64,000 nt of DNA from an uncultured Actinomycetes bacterium (GCA_963722525.1 CAVRMM010000002.1:3335096-3399095); one strand, 5' to 3'; numbered from the stretch's first letter, positions 20,765 through 28,832 are shown. The notes: generated by a model from the sequence alone, not told the origin. A program made the numbers and translations.

Positions 20765-21796
20765 ATGGACCGGGAAGCGACCTTCGAGCTCGTCTCCGCC
20801 CTCGTCGCGCTGCAGGCGCCGTCGGGCGTCGAGGAGGCGATCGACGCCTACCTGGACGAGCGCCTCGCACGACGCGGGCTGCGGGCCGACGGCGGCGGCA
20901 ACCGCATCCTCCGCATCGCCGGGCGCGGCGCGGCGCCGGCCACCGCGATCGCCGCGCACAAGGACGAGATCGGCGCGATCGTGAAGCGCGTGTTCGACGA
21001 CGGCCGCGTGCGGCTGGCGGCGGTGGGCGACGCGTTCCCGTGGGTGTGGGGCGAGGGCGCGATCGACCTGCTCGGCGATACCTCGAAGGTACCTGCGGTG
21101 CTGTCGTTCGGCGCCCGCCACGTGTCGGCGGAGTCGAAGCAGCGAGAGGCGATCGACGGCGGCGCCGTCGAGTGGCGCGACGTGTGGGCCGAGACGAAGC
21201 GCAGCCCGGACGACCTCGCGGCGGCCGGTGTCCGGCCGGGCACCCGCGCGGTGCTGGCGGCGAACCGGCGCGTGCCGGCGCGGCTCGGTGCCGACGGGGC
21301 GTTCATCGCCGCCCCGAACCTCGACGACCGCGTCGCGTGCGCCGTGCTGATCTTGCTCGCCGAGTCGCTGGACCAGCCCGCGGGCGATGTCGAGCTGGTG
21401 TTCACCAGCCGCGAGGAGACGGGGGCGATGGGCGCGCGCTACTACGGCCGCACGGCCGCTGTCGACCGCCTGGTGGCGGTCGAGGTGGCGCCCACCGCCG
21501 AGGAGTACGGCCTGACGTGCGTGGCCGACCCGGTGCTGATCGAGGCCGACACGCGCTCGACGCTCGACCACGGCCTCGGCCGCGAGCTGGCGGCGGCGGC
21601 GCGGGTCGAGGGCCTCGAGCCGCGGCACGTCGTGCTCGACCGCTACGGGTCGGATGCCTCCAACACCTATGCCGACGGCAGCATCGGGCGTGCCGCGTGC
21701 ATCGCCGTCGCCACTGACAACACCCACGGCTGCGAGATCGCGCACCTGGACGCGATCGGCAACGTCACGCGCACGCTGGCGCGCTGGCTCGGCTAG
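20765..21796 (+). CDS. M42-family metallopeptidase (FrvX / glutamyl aminopeptidase-like)
   Basis: ATG at 20765 inside a longer ORF. LVALQAPSGVEE, AHKDEIG, LDDRVACAVL and SREETGAMGA motifs. Confidence 0.8.
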   Translation: MDREATFELVSALVALQAPSGVEEAIDAYLDERLARRGLRADGGGNRILRIAGRGAAPATAIAAHKDEIGAIVKRVFDDGRVRLAAVGDAFPWVWGEGAIDLLGDTSKVPAVLSFGARHVSAESKQREAIDGGAVEWRDVWAETKRSPDDLAAAGVRPGTRAVLAANRRVPARLGADGAFIAAPNLDDRVACAVLILLAESLDQPAGDVELVFTSREETGAMGARYYGRTAAVDRLVAVEVAPTAEEYGLTCVADPVLIEADTRSTLDHGLGRELAAAARVEGLEPRHVVLDRYGSDASNTYADGSIGRAACIAVATDNTHGCEIAHLDAIGNVTRTLARWLG

Positions 21797-21890
21797 ACGC
21801 GTCCGAGCAGCGGTCGAGGCGTCACGACGCGTCACCGCCCCCGCGCGGAGTGCGACCGACGGCGCCCGACGTCGCGCGATCCGGCCCCGC

Positions 21891-21990
21891 CCGCGCAGAT
21901 TCGGTGCCTGGCACCGGATTCGTCGCCACGGCACGGTTCCGTGCGGGGGCGCGGGCGGTCGGGCGCCGTTTGCGCGCTGGACGTGGGATG
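21891..21990 (+). repeat. intergenic repeat family 1, copy B
   Basis: See 5041-5135; same orientation, GGTGCCTGGCACC palindrome at 21903-21915. Confidence 0.8.
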
Positions 21991-22022
21991 CGCGCGCGGC
22001 GCGCGCGCCGCGCCGGCGGCGC

Positions 22023-22277
22023 CTAGAGCTTGCCGCTGGCTGCGAGCTGGAGCCGGCCCCAGAGGGCCTCGGGCACCTTGCTCTTGCGGATGTAGACGCC
22101 GCCGTTGGGCACCGACTCACCCTCCATCGACATCACCGGGCCGCGCTTCGGCGAGGTGGCGTCGAGGTACCAGTCGCCGTCGTCGAGCGACTCGCCGGGA
22201 TCGGAGTACACGACACCCGTGCGCTCGCCGTCGTCCAGGACGTCGAGCCAGCCGAACTCGCGCGTCGCGGTGCTCAC
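22023..22277 (-). CDS. small acidic hypothetical protein (84 aa)
   Basis: GTG at 22277 overlaps the upstream stop (GTGA). Sequence VSTATREFGWLDVLDDGERTG...VYIRKSKVPEALWGRLQLAASGKL. No family recognised. Confidence 0.5.
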   Translation of the reverse strand: MSTATREFGWLDVLDDGERTGVVYSDPGESLDDGDWYLDATSPKRGPVMSMEGESVPNGGVYIRKSKVPEALWGRLQLAASGKL

Positions 22278-22498
22278 TTCTTCTTCGCTGCCTTCTTGGA
22301 TGCCTTCAGCGGGTTCAGCATCTTCTCCTTGGCGTCCGGCGGCGCGTCGTTGAGCGCGACGACGGGCAGGCCGCACGGGCCGAGCGCGCGCACGCGGACG
22401 TGGCGGCACGTCGCGGGCACCGACCACAGCGAGATGGTGCGGTGGCCGTTCTTGCAGATGTAGACGCTGGCGGTCGTTGCGGTCGTGGACGCTTCCAT
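22274..22498 (-). CDS. small Cys/His-containing hypothetical protein with Lys-rich tail (74 aa)
   Basis: ATG at 22498 preceded by a GGAGG-containing run (ccccctcctccgaggagccggt-ATG). MEASTTATTASVYICKNGHRTISLWSVPATCRHVRV...KASKKAAKKK. Confidence 0.55.
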   Translation of the reverse strand: MEASTTATTASVYICKNGHRTISLWSVPATCRHVRVRALGPCGLPVVALNDAPPDAKEKMLNPLKASKKAAKKK

Positions 22499-22535
22499 AC
22501 CGGCTCCTCGGAGGAGGGGGTTTCCTGACCGGAGT

Positions 22536-23036
22536 TTACGCCAGCCGGCGGGCACGAGTGCCAGCGGTGCGGCGCGGCGGCCGCGGGAAGCCATCGGTGG
22601 GCCAGCCGATGTGCACGATCCCGATCACCCGCTCGCCGTCGCCCAGGCCGAGGAGCGTGCCCGACGCCGGCTGCAGCAGCGAGCTCGGCGTCCGCCAGTA
22701 CGACGCGATCTCGCGCGCCCGGGCCGCCAGCATCACGTTCTGGATCGCGCACGCGCACGCGGCGTAGTCCTCGCGCGCGGTGTCCTCGTCGGTGTCGACC
22801 ACCTGCGTCACGACGATCGCCGTCGGCGACCGGGTCAGCTTGCCGTCGTCGGTCGCGGCCACGAGCTGCCCGATCGTGACGGGGCCGATGACGGTGAACC
22901 GCCACGGCTCCGTGGTGTGGTGGTTCGGGGCGTAGACGGCGAGATCGAGCAGCTCGTCGATGACGGCGGGATCGATCGGCTCGGGCGTGAAGCCCTTCAG
23001 CGTCCGGCGCCCCCGGATGACCTCGTCGATCGTCAT
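22536..23036 (-). CDS. nitroreductase-family FMN protein (166 aa)
   Basis: ATG at 23036 overlaps the upstream stop. RRTLKGFTPEPI...APNHHTTEPWRF...ACAIQNVMLAA are typical nitroreductase motifs. Confidence 0.85.
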   Translation of the reverse strand: MTIDEVIRGRRTLKGFTPEPIDPAVIDELLDLAVYAPNHHTTEPWRFTVIGPVTIGQLVAATDDGKLTRSPTAIVVTQVVDTDEDTAREDYAACACAIQNVMLAARAREIASYWRTPSSLLQPASGTLLGLGDGERVIGIVHIGWPTDGFPRPPRRTAGTRARRLA

Positions 23037-24310
23037 CGCACGACGCGGTGGATGAACGCCTTGTTGTCGTTCGTGTTCCACCGGGTGACGTAGACCCCAG
23101 TTCGGGCGACGGCGGTCGTCCAGAACAGGCGCGGCGTCGCGACGCGCAGGCGGGACCGGCTGCGGTTGCCGGGCGCGATCCGCCGTTCGTAGACGCGCGA
23201 GGTGCCGAGGTATTGCTCGACCCAGACCAGCACGCCGCCGCGCAGCGAGGGGTTCGAGAGCAGCTTCCGCCGGGAGCTCCGCACCGTGCTGACGCGGCCG
23301 GTGCGGACGTTGCCGATCAGCAGCCGCGAGCTCGTCATGCTGGTCTTGTGCCAGACGGCGAGCGAGCGGTCGATCGACGGGCGGCCCAGGTCGTCGGCAC
23401 TTCCGATCACGTCGAGGAACTTCCGCTTGCCCGTGCGCATGTCGATGCTCATGACGCGCTTGCGGGCGCCCTGCGAGAGGACCGCCACCAGGTAGGGCCA
23501 GCTGACGGCGGGCTTCGACCAGCCGCCGGCCAGGTGGGTGACGGGCGCGCGGGTGCGCCACTTCACGACGGTCACGCCGGTGGGCTCGTGGTACGCCAGG
23601 TAGTCACCGCGGATCGAGGGCTCGGAGCCGCCGGCGAACGTCAGCGGCGGCCCGGCGGGCGGCCGCACGATGACCGAGGTGGCGCCGCTGTCGGCGCGCT
23701 GGGTGTAGGCGAGTGTGCCGTCGTCGGCGACGGCGGGATCGAGCTGGCTGCCGGGGCCGAGGGCGAGCTTCGCCGCACCCGCGGGCGCGACGAACAGGGC
23801 GAGCGCGAGCGCAGCCAGCGCGAGGGCGTTGACGCGGCGCATCGGGCGGTAGAGCATCGCCATCCGGTCGATGAAGGTCGCCGGCAGCGACGCGCCGGCG
23901 ACGCGGCCGATGCCGAAGGCGGACAGCGCCAGCACGGCGGCCGTCGGACCCGACGCGGCGGCGGCGACGGCGACGACCAGGAACGTGGCGACGGGCTGGT
24001 AGGTGAGGACACCGACGCCGAGGCCCGCGCCGTACCCGAGCGACCAGACGGGCAGCGGCAGCTCGTGGTGCCAGCGCTCCGGCACCTGGCGCCGCGACTG
24101 GGGGACCGGCAGGCGCACGAGGCCCGACTCCCGCAGCACGCCGGCGATGGCGAGCGCGATCGCGACCGGCACCAGCGCCGCCGACCCGAACACGCCGAGC
24201 AGGAGCCCGACCAGCGCCGCGATGCCGATGGAGCCGGCGGCGAAGAGGAGCAGTGCGAGGGCGGTGCGGCGGCGTGTCCCGCACACGGCGGGAGAGATGG
24301 TCTCGACCAT
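23033..24310 (-). CDS. polytopic membrane protein (MauF/CcdA-like N-domain, tentative) fused to an extracytoplasmic domain of 5-6 blade-like repeats
   Basis: ATG 24310 lies 5 nt after GAGGAG (alternative GTG at 24316). About 4-5 TM spans, then a repeated P-[AS]-[VIL]-x4-5-[LV]-[AV]-[YWV] unit every 35-45 aa (DPAVADDGTLAY, EPSIRGDYLAY, KPAVSWPYLVAV, RPSIDRSLAVW, NPSLRGGVLVW). Confidence 0.6.
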   Translation of the reverse strand: MVETISPAVCGTRRRTALALLLFAAGSIGIAALVGLLLGVFGSAALVPVAIALAIAGVLRESGLVRLPVPQSRRQVPERWHHELPLPVWSLGYGAGLGVGVLTYQPVATFLVVAVAAAASGPTAAVLALSAFGIGRVAGASLPATFIDRMAMLYRPMRRVNALALAALALALFVAPAGAAKLALGPGSQLDPAVADDGTLAYTQRADSGATSVIVRPPAGPPLTFAGGSEPSIRGDYLAYHEPTGVTVVKWRTRAPVTHLAGGWSKPAVSWPYLVAVLSQGARKRVMSIDMRTGKRKFLDVIGSADDLGRPSIDRSLAVWHKTSMTSSRLLIGNVRTGRVSTVRSSRRKLLSNPSLRGGVLVWVEQYLGTSRVYERRIAPGNRSRSRLRVATPRLFWTTAVARTGVYVTRWNTNDNKAFIHRVVR

Positions 24311-24319
24311 CGACACTCC

Positions 24320-24388
24320 TCAAGGGCTCCAGGCGCCCGAGACGCCCGCGATCAGGCCGGCCGTGCAGAGCGCGATGATCGTCAGCAC
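24320..24388 (-). CDS. candidate 22-codon hydrophobic micro-ORF (MLTIIALCTAGLIAGVSGAWSP)
   Basis: The GTG overlaps the last codons of the MauA-like gene (ccGTGcTGA). 20 of 21 third-codon positions after the GTG start are G/C, which looks coding. Its TGA lies inside the GAGGAG ribosome-binding site of the next gene. Confidence 0.3.
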   Translation of the reverse strand: MLTIIALCTAGLIAGVSGAWSP

Positions 24389-24963
24389 GGCAGACCGGTG
24401 TCGTAGTAGGCCACGCAGAAGACGTTGCGGCGTCCGTAGCAGTAGCCGTGCAGCGCCGCATCGCCGTTCACGCGCCGGGGATGGTTCGCGCAGCAGTCCA
24501 CGAGCTTGCGGATCTGGCCGCCGCAGCACCGGAACCACGAGCCCTGCATGCGCGCCTCGAGGTGATAGCGCTCGCGCACCCAGTCCTCGCAGATGCGCGT
24601 CCGTGGGGCGCGGGCGAGCAGCGACCCGTCCGGGCCCCGTAGGCGCTTGCCGGCGTTGTTGACCGGGTAGCCGTTGCGGTCGATGAGCCGGCCGAGGTTG
24701 TCGATGCGCTTGCCGTCGCTCGTACGCAGGGGCTTGCCCTGGCGGTCGATGCGCGGCTGCCGGCCGGGATGCGGGCAGGAGCCCGTGGTGAAGATGTGGC
24801 CGCAGAAGTGGTACGACTCCGCCTCCTCCGGCTCGACGGCGGCGGCGACCATGCGGCCGCCGGTGAGGGCCAGGACCCCCACGCCGACGCGCGCCAGGAA
24901 GGACCGTCGCGTGCCCGCGCCCGCAAGGCGCGCCGCGAGGTCGGCCGGGTCAGGCCGCCGCAT
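24382..24963 (-). CDS. TAT-exported methylamine-dehydrogenase light-chain-like (MauA-like) Cys/Trp-rich protein
   Basis: Twin-arginine signal GTRRSFLARVGVGVLAL. 10 Cys in the mature part. FCGHIFTTGSCPHPG and GSWFRCCGG...DCC resemble the conserved C-x-CCGG-x4-CPPG and SW...DCCG segments of MADH/AADH small subunits as I recall them. Confidence 0.6.
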   Translation of the reverse strand: MRRPDPADLAARLAGAGTRRSFLARVGVGVLALTGGRMVAAAVEPEEAESYHFCGHIFTTGSCPHPGRQPRIDRQGKPLRTSDGKRIDNLGRLIDRNGYPVNNAGKRLRGPDGSLLARAPRTRICEDWVRERYHLEARMQGSWFRCCGGQIRKLVDCCANHPRRVNGDAALHGYCYGRRNVFCVAYYDTGLPC

Positions 24964-25790
24964 GCGCCAGCCTCGCCCGGCCGAGGGCCAGCAGGCCCTC
25001 GATCTCCTCCAGCGTGTTGACCGTGCCCTTGGCGACCGTGACGCCATCGCCGAGCGCGACCATGAACGGCGTGCCGGGGACGCCCCAGCGCTCGATCGCC
25101 GCCTCGTCCTCGACGTCGTACACGAGGCGCACCGCCAGGCCCTCGCGGGCCAGCGCGCGCAGGGACGGCTCCAGGTCGTGGCACACGCGGCAGCCGGCGC
25201 CGAGGAAGGCGACCAGCTCCTCGCCGGAGCGCTCGATGCCGTCCAGCTCGGGGGCCTCGACGCCGAGCTCCGGGCCCTCCTCCGCCAGCTCCAGCGCGTG
25301 CCGCGGCGCGATGCGCAGCGCCAGCACACCGACCTGGCGGTACAGCGCCAGCACCAGCACGGCGAGTGCGGCGACGGCCATGCCGAGCACCACGATCGCC
25401 GACACGAGCAGGGCATCGCGAGACGGGGTGGGCGGCGCGATGGCGACGAGCGCGGCCAGCACGGCCAGGCCGAGCGCGCGGGCGATCAGCAGCCAGGCGG
25501 GGCGATCCGCTCCTGCACCGAAGCAGTTGCAGGGCAGAGCGCGTGCGCCGCGGGCCCGCGCGATCACGAGGTGGGTGGCGAACGCCAGCATCAGGAGCGC
25601 CGCAGCGGCGCCGGCGAGTCGCGGCGCGATGCCGCTGACGAGCCAGACCGCGAGGGTCAGCTCGACGGCGATCAGTGCGACCGTCGGGACGAGCCGCCAG
25701 ACGGCGCACGACGGCTTTGCGATCGCGCAGCTTTGCTACCGCCGCCGCCAGGAGTACCCCGGCGACGACGAGTCCGAGTACCGTCGTCAC
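24950..25790 (-). pseudogene. MauE-like membrane protein fused to MauD-like thioredoxin-fold domain; one frameshift near 25690
   Basis: The N-terminus VTTVLGLVVAGVLLAAAVAKLRDRKAV continues in another frame as VPTVALIAVELTLAVWLVSG...LPCNCFG (MauE/DoxX-like). The C-terminal domain has CxxC (GCRVCH) and a cis-Pro motif VPGTPF. Start is GTG 25790 or TTG 25832. Confidence 0.65.
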
Positions 25791-25854
25791 ACTCGCCCTT
25801 TCTTCGGTCTCGCGGAGGACCCCTCCCGTCAATTATGGGTACATTCGCCCGAAC

Positions 25855-26298
25855 ATGCCTGCTTCTCGCACGTTCACGTACGACGTCGGGCTCACCTGGG
25901 ACGGCGGCCGCGCCTCGACCGCCACTGCGGGCGAGCGACCACCGATCCGCGTCGCGCCGCCGGAGGACTTCCCGTTCGGTGATGCCGCCTCCTGGAGCCC
26001 CGAGCATCTGTTCCTCGCGTCCCTGTCGTCCTGCACCCTGCTGGCGTTCCTCGCGCACGCCGCGAACGGCGAGATCGACGTCGACTCGTATACCGCGGAG
26101 GTGTCCGGCACGATCACGCGCCGCAAGGCGGACGGCCGCTACGCGTTCGTCCAGGTCGTGCTGTCGCCCCGGGTCGTGGTCGGTCCCGGCCAGGCCGATG
26201 CGGCACGCGAGCTGACGCCGAAGGCCGAGCGCGACTGCTTCATCTCGGCCGGCACCACGGCCGAGATCGACGTGCGCTGGGAGATCACCGAGCGATGA
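25855..26298 (+). CDS. OsmC/Ohr-family peroxiredoxin-like protein
   Basis: ATG at 25855. Two conserved Cys contexts (LSSCTLLAF and ERDCFIS) typical of the OsmC family. Confidence 0.8.
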   Translation: MPASRTFTYDVGLTWDGGRASTATAGERPPIRVAPPEDFPFGDAASWSPEHLFLASLSSCTLLAFLAHAANGEIDVDSYTAEVSGTITRRKADGRYAFVQVVLSPRVVVGPGQADAARELTPKAERDCFISAGTTAEIDVRWEITER

Positions 26299-26738
26299 TC
26301 CGGGCCCTCGTACCGGCCGATGCCGAGCGCTGCGACGCGATCGTCGCGTCGCTGCCGGACTGGTTCGGCAACGACGAGGGCATCGCCGAGTGCGCCGCCG
26401 CGGTGCGGGCGCAGCCGGGCCTCGTCGAGGTCGTCGACGGCGAGGTGGCCGGCTTCCTGACCTGGAAGCAGCACCACCCCGGATCGGCCGAGATCACCTG
26501 GCTCGCGGTGCACCACGACCACCGCGGCCGCGGGCTCGGGTCGGCGCTGGTCGAGCAGCTCGCGACGACGCTGCCGCCGGCGAGCTACCTGACCGTGAAG
26601 ACGCTGTCGGCCGCGTGCGACTACGAGCCCTACGAGAGCACGCGGGCGTTCTACCGGGGGCGGGGCTTCGCGGAGCTGATCGAGCTCGACATCTGGGGCC
26701 CGGAGAACCCCGCAACGCTGTTCGTGCGGCCGCTGTAG
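26295..26738 (+). CDS. GNAT-family N-acetyltransferase
   Basis: 147-aa ORF overlapping the osmC stop. Acetyl-CoA motif VHHDHRGRGLGSALV. Confidence 0.8.
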   Translation: MIRALVPADAERCDAIVASLPDWFGNDEGIAECAAAVRAQPGLVEVVDGEVAGFLTWKQHHPGSAEITWLAVHHDHRGRGLGSALVEQLATTLPPASYLTVKTLSAACDYEPYESTRAFYRGRGFAELIELDIWGPENPATLFVRPL

Positions 26739-26748
26739 CATCCGCGCC

Positions 26749-27735
26749 ATGCAGCCGAACCGCTCCTACGAGGCCGGCTTCGCCGGAGTCGGCCTCACGT
26801 ACGCCCGCCTGCCGCTCGAGCTCGACCCGGCGGGATACGCGGGCGCCGACGTCGTGATCCTCGGCGCCCCGTTCGACGAGGGCGTCTCGTACCGGCCGGG
26901 CACGCGCTTCGGTCCGCGCGCCATCCGCCAGGCCGAGGACGTCGGAGCGCCGGCCGAGCGCCCGAACATGGAGCTCGGCGTCGATCCCTACAGCGTCATG
27001 CGGGTCGTCGACGGCGGTGACGTCGACGTGCGCTCGGCCAACCTGGTCGCCTCGCACGCGGCCCTCCAGACCGGCGTCGCGCAGGTGCTCGCCGCGGGCG
27101 CGAGCGCCGTCGTGCTGGGCGGCGACCACTCGCTGTCGATGCCCGTGCTGCGGGCGGTCGCCGACCACCACGGCCCCGACGGGTACTCCGTGATTCACTT
27201 CGACACGCACGCCGACACCGGCCTCGACATGTCGGAGGCGCCGCACGGCATCCCGTTCTCGAGCGCCGTGCAGGACGGCTACCTGCGCGGCGGCAACATC
27301 ATCCAGATCGGCCTGCGCGGCAACTGGCCCTACCCCCACGAGTTCGACTGGATGCGCGAGCAGGGCTTCCGCTGGCGGACGATCACCGAGGTGATCGAGC
27401 TGGGCATCGCCGCGGTGGTGCGCGAGGCGATCGACTTCGCGAAGTCCCGGGCCCCGCGCACGTACCTGACGATCGACATCGACGTGCTCGACCCCGCGTT
27501 CGCTCCCGGCACCGGCACCGCCGAGCCCGGCGGGCTGATGACCCGCGAGCTGCTCTACGCCGCACGCACCATCGCGAGCGAGGTCGATCTGTGCGCGATG
27601 GACCTCGTCGAGGTGTCGCCGCCGTACGACCCGACGGGCATCACCGCCATGGCCGGTCATCGCGTCGTCTACGAGACGCTGTCCGGCATGGCGTTGCGGC
27701 GCAGCGGCAACCCGGCGCGGCCCGAGCGCTCGTGA
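26749..27735 (+). CDS. agmatinase-family ureohydrolase (agmatinase / guanidino-acid hydrolase)
   Basis: Intact 328-aa ORF. Mn-binding motifs GGDHS, HFDTHADT, DIDVLDPAFAPGTGT, EVSP. Confidence 0.9.
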   Translation: MQPNRSYEAGFAGVGLTYARLPLELDPAGYAGADVVILGAPFDEGVSYRPGTRFGPRAIRQAEDVGAPAERPNMELGVDPYSVMRVVDGGDVDVRSANLVASHAALQTGVAQVLAAGASAVVLGGDHSLSMPVLRAVADHHGPDGYSVIHFDTHADTGLDMSEAPHGIPFSSAVQDGYLRGGNIIQIGLRGNWPYPHEFDWMREQGFRWRTITEVIELGIAAVVREAIDFAKSRAPRTYLTIDIDVLDPAFAPGTGTAEPGGLMTRELLYAARTIASEVDLCAMDLVEVSPPYDPTGITAMAGHRVVYETLSGMALRRSGNPARPERS

Positions 27736-28832
27736 CGGAGCTCGTCGCCTACGCCGACCTGGCCGGCGACCCGCTCGTGCGCGCGACGCTGGCCGGCGAC
27801 GTCGAGGGTGCCGAGCGGGCCATCTTCGCCGAGCCCGGCGGGCTGGCCGGCGCGGTCGCGCGCCGGGTGCTCGGCTCGGCCGGCCCGTTCGCCCGTGCCG
27901 CCCGGGCGGGCCTCGCCGACGAGGCGCGCCTGCAGATCGCCGGCGCCGAGCTCGAGCGGCTGGGCGCCGCGGCGCACGGGCTGCAGCTGCGGGTGGGCGG
28001 CGCCACCGCGCCGACCGGCCTGGCCGGGCGCCTGGCGGCCGAGAGCGGGTGGGGACGGCACGCCGCCGACCTGGCAGCCTTCCACGAGCGCGAGGGCGTC
28101 GGCGCGCTGGCCGTCAACCGCGTGCTCCGCGTCGACGAGACCGGGCTGCACGGCATCGTGCACGCCGACCCGATCAGCCTCGCCGACCTGGTCGGGCGGG
28201 AGGAGCTGCGCGCCGACCTGCTCTCCGACCTGGCCGCGTTCACCAGCGGCGAGCCGGCCAACGACGCGCTCCTGTACGGCCGGCCGGGCACCGGCAAGTC
28301 GGCCACGGTGCGCGCCTGCGCCGCCGAGTTCGCCGACCGCGGGCTGCGCCTGATCCAGGTCGCCCACGACGAGCTCGAGCACATCGACGCCGTGTTCGAG
28401 GCCGTCGCCGGTACGGGCCCCTGGTGCCTGCTGTTCCTGGACGACCTCGTGTTCGACGACGCGTCGCGCGCCGACCGGGCGCTGCGCGCCGCGCTCGAGG
28501 GCGGCGTCGTGGCGCGCCCGCGCAACGTGCTCGTGTGGGCGACGTCGAACCGGCTCAACATGACCCACATGACGCACTCCGAGCGCGCCGACGAGATCGA
28601 CGAGGTCGAGGCGCGCGGCGAGAAGATGGCGCTCGCCAACCGGTTCGGCCGGCGCGTCCGGTTCGACCTGCGCGGCGAGGACTGGTACCTGCAGATCGCG
28701 CTGCGCCTGGTCCGGGCCCGGCTCGGGCGGGTGCCCGAGGGCGCCGACGTCGCGGCGCTGCGCTACTGCCGCACCGGCGCGGGGCCGACGCCGCGCACCG
28801 CCCACCACTTCGCGGCGCAGTACCGGCCGTGA
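27732..28832 (+). CDS. AAA-type ATPase, DUF815 family
   Basis: GTG overlaps the agmatinase stop (GTGA). Walker A LLYGRPGTGKSA, Walker B LLFLDDL, TSNR. Overall layout resembles the DUF815 family. Confidence 0.7.
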   Translation: MTELVAYADLAGDPLVRATLAGDVEGAERAIFAEPGGLAGAVARRVLGSAGPFARAARAGLADEARLQIAGAELERLGAAAHGLQLRVGGATAPTGLAGRLAAESGWGRHAADLAAFHEREGVGALAVNRVLRVDETGLHGIVHADPISLADLVGREELRADLLSDLAAFTSGEPANDALLYGRPGTGKSATVRACAAEFADRGLRLIQVAHDELEHIDAVFEAVAGTGPWCLLFLDDLVFDDASRADRALRAALEGGVVARPRNVLVWATSNRLNMTHMTHSERADEIDEVEARGEKMALANRFGRRVRFDLRGEDWYLQIALRLVRARLGRVPEGADVAALRYCRTGAGPTPRTAHHFAAQYRP

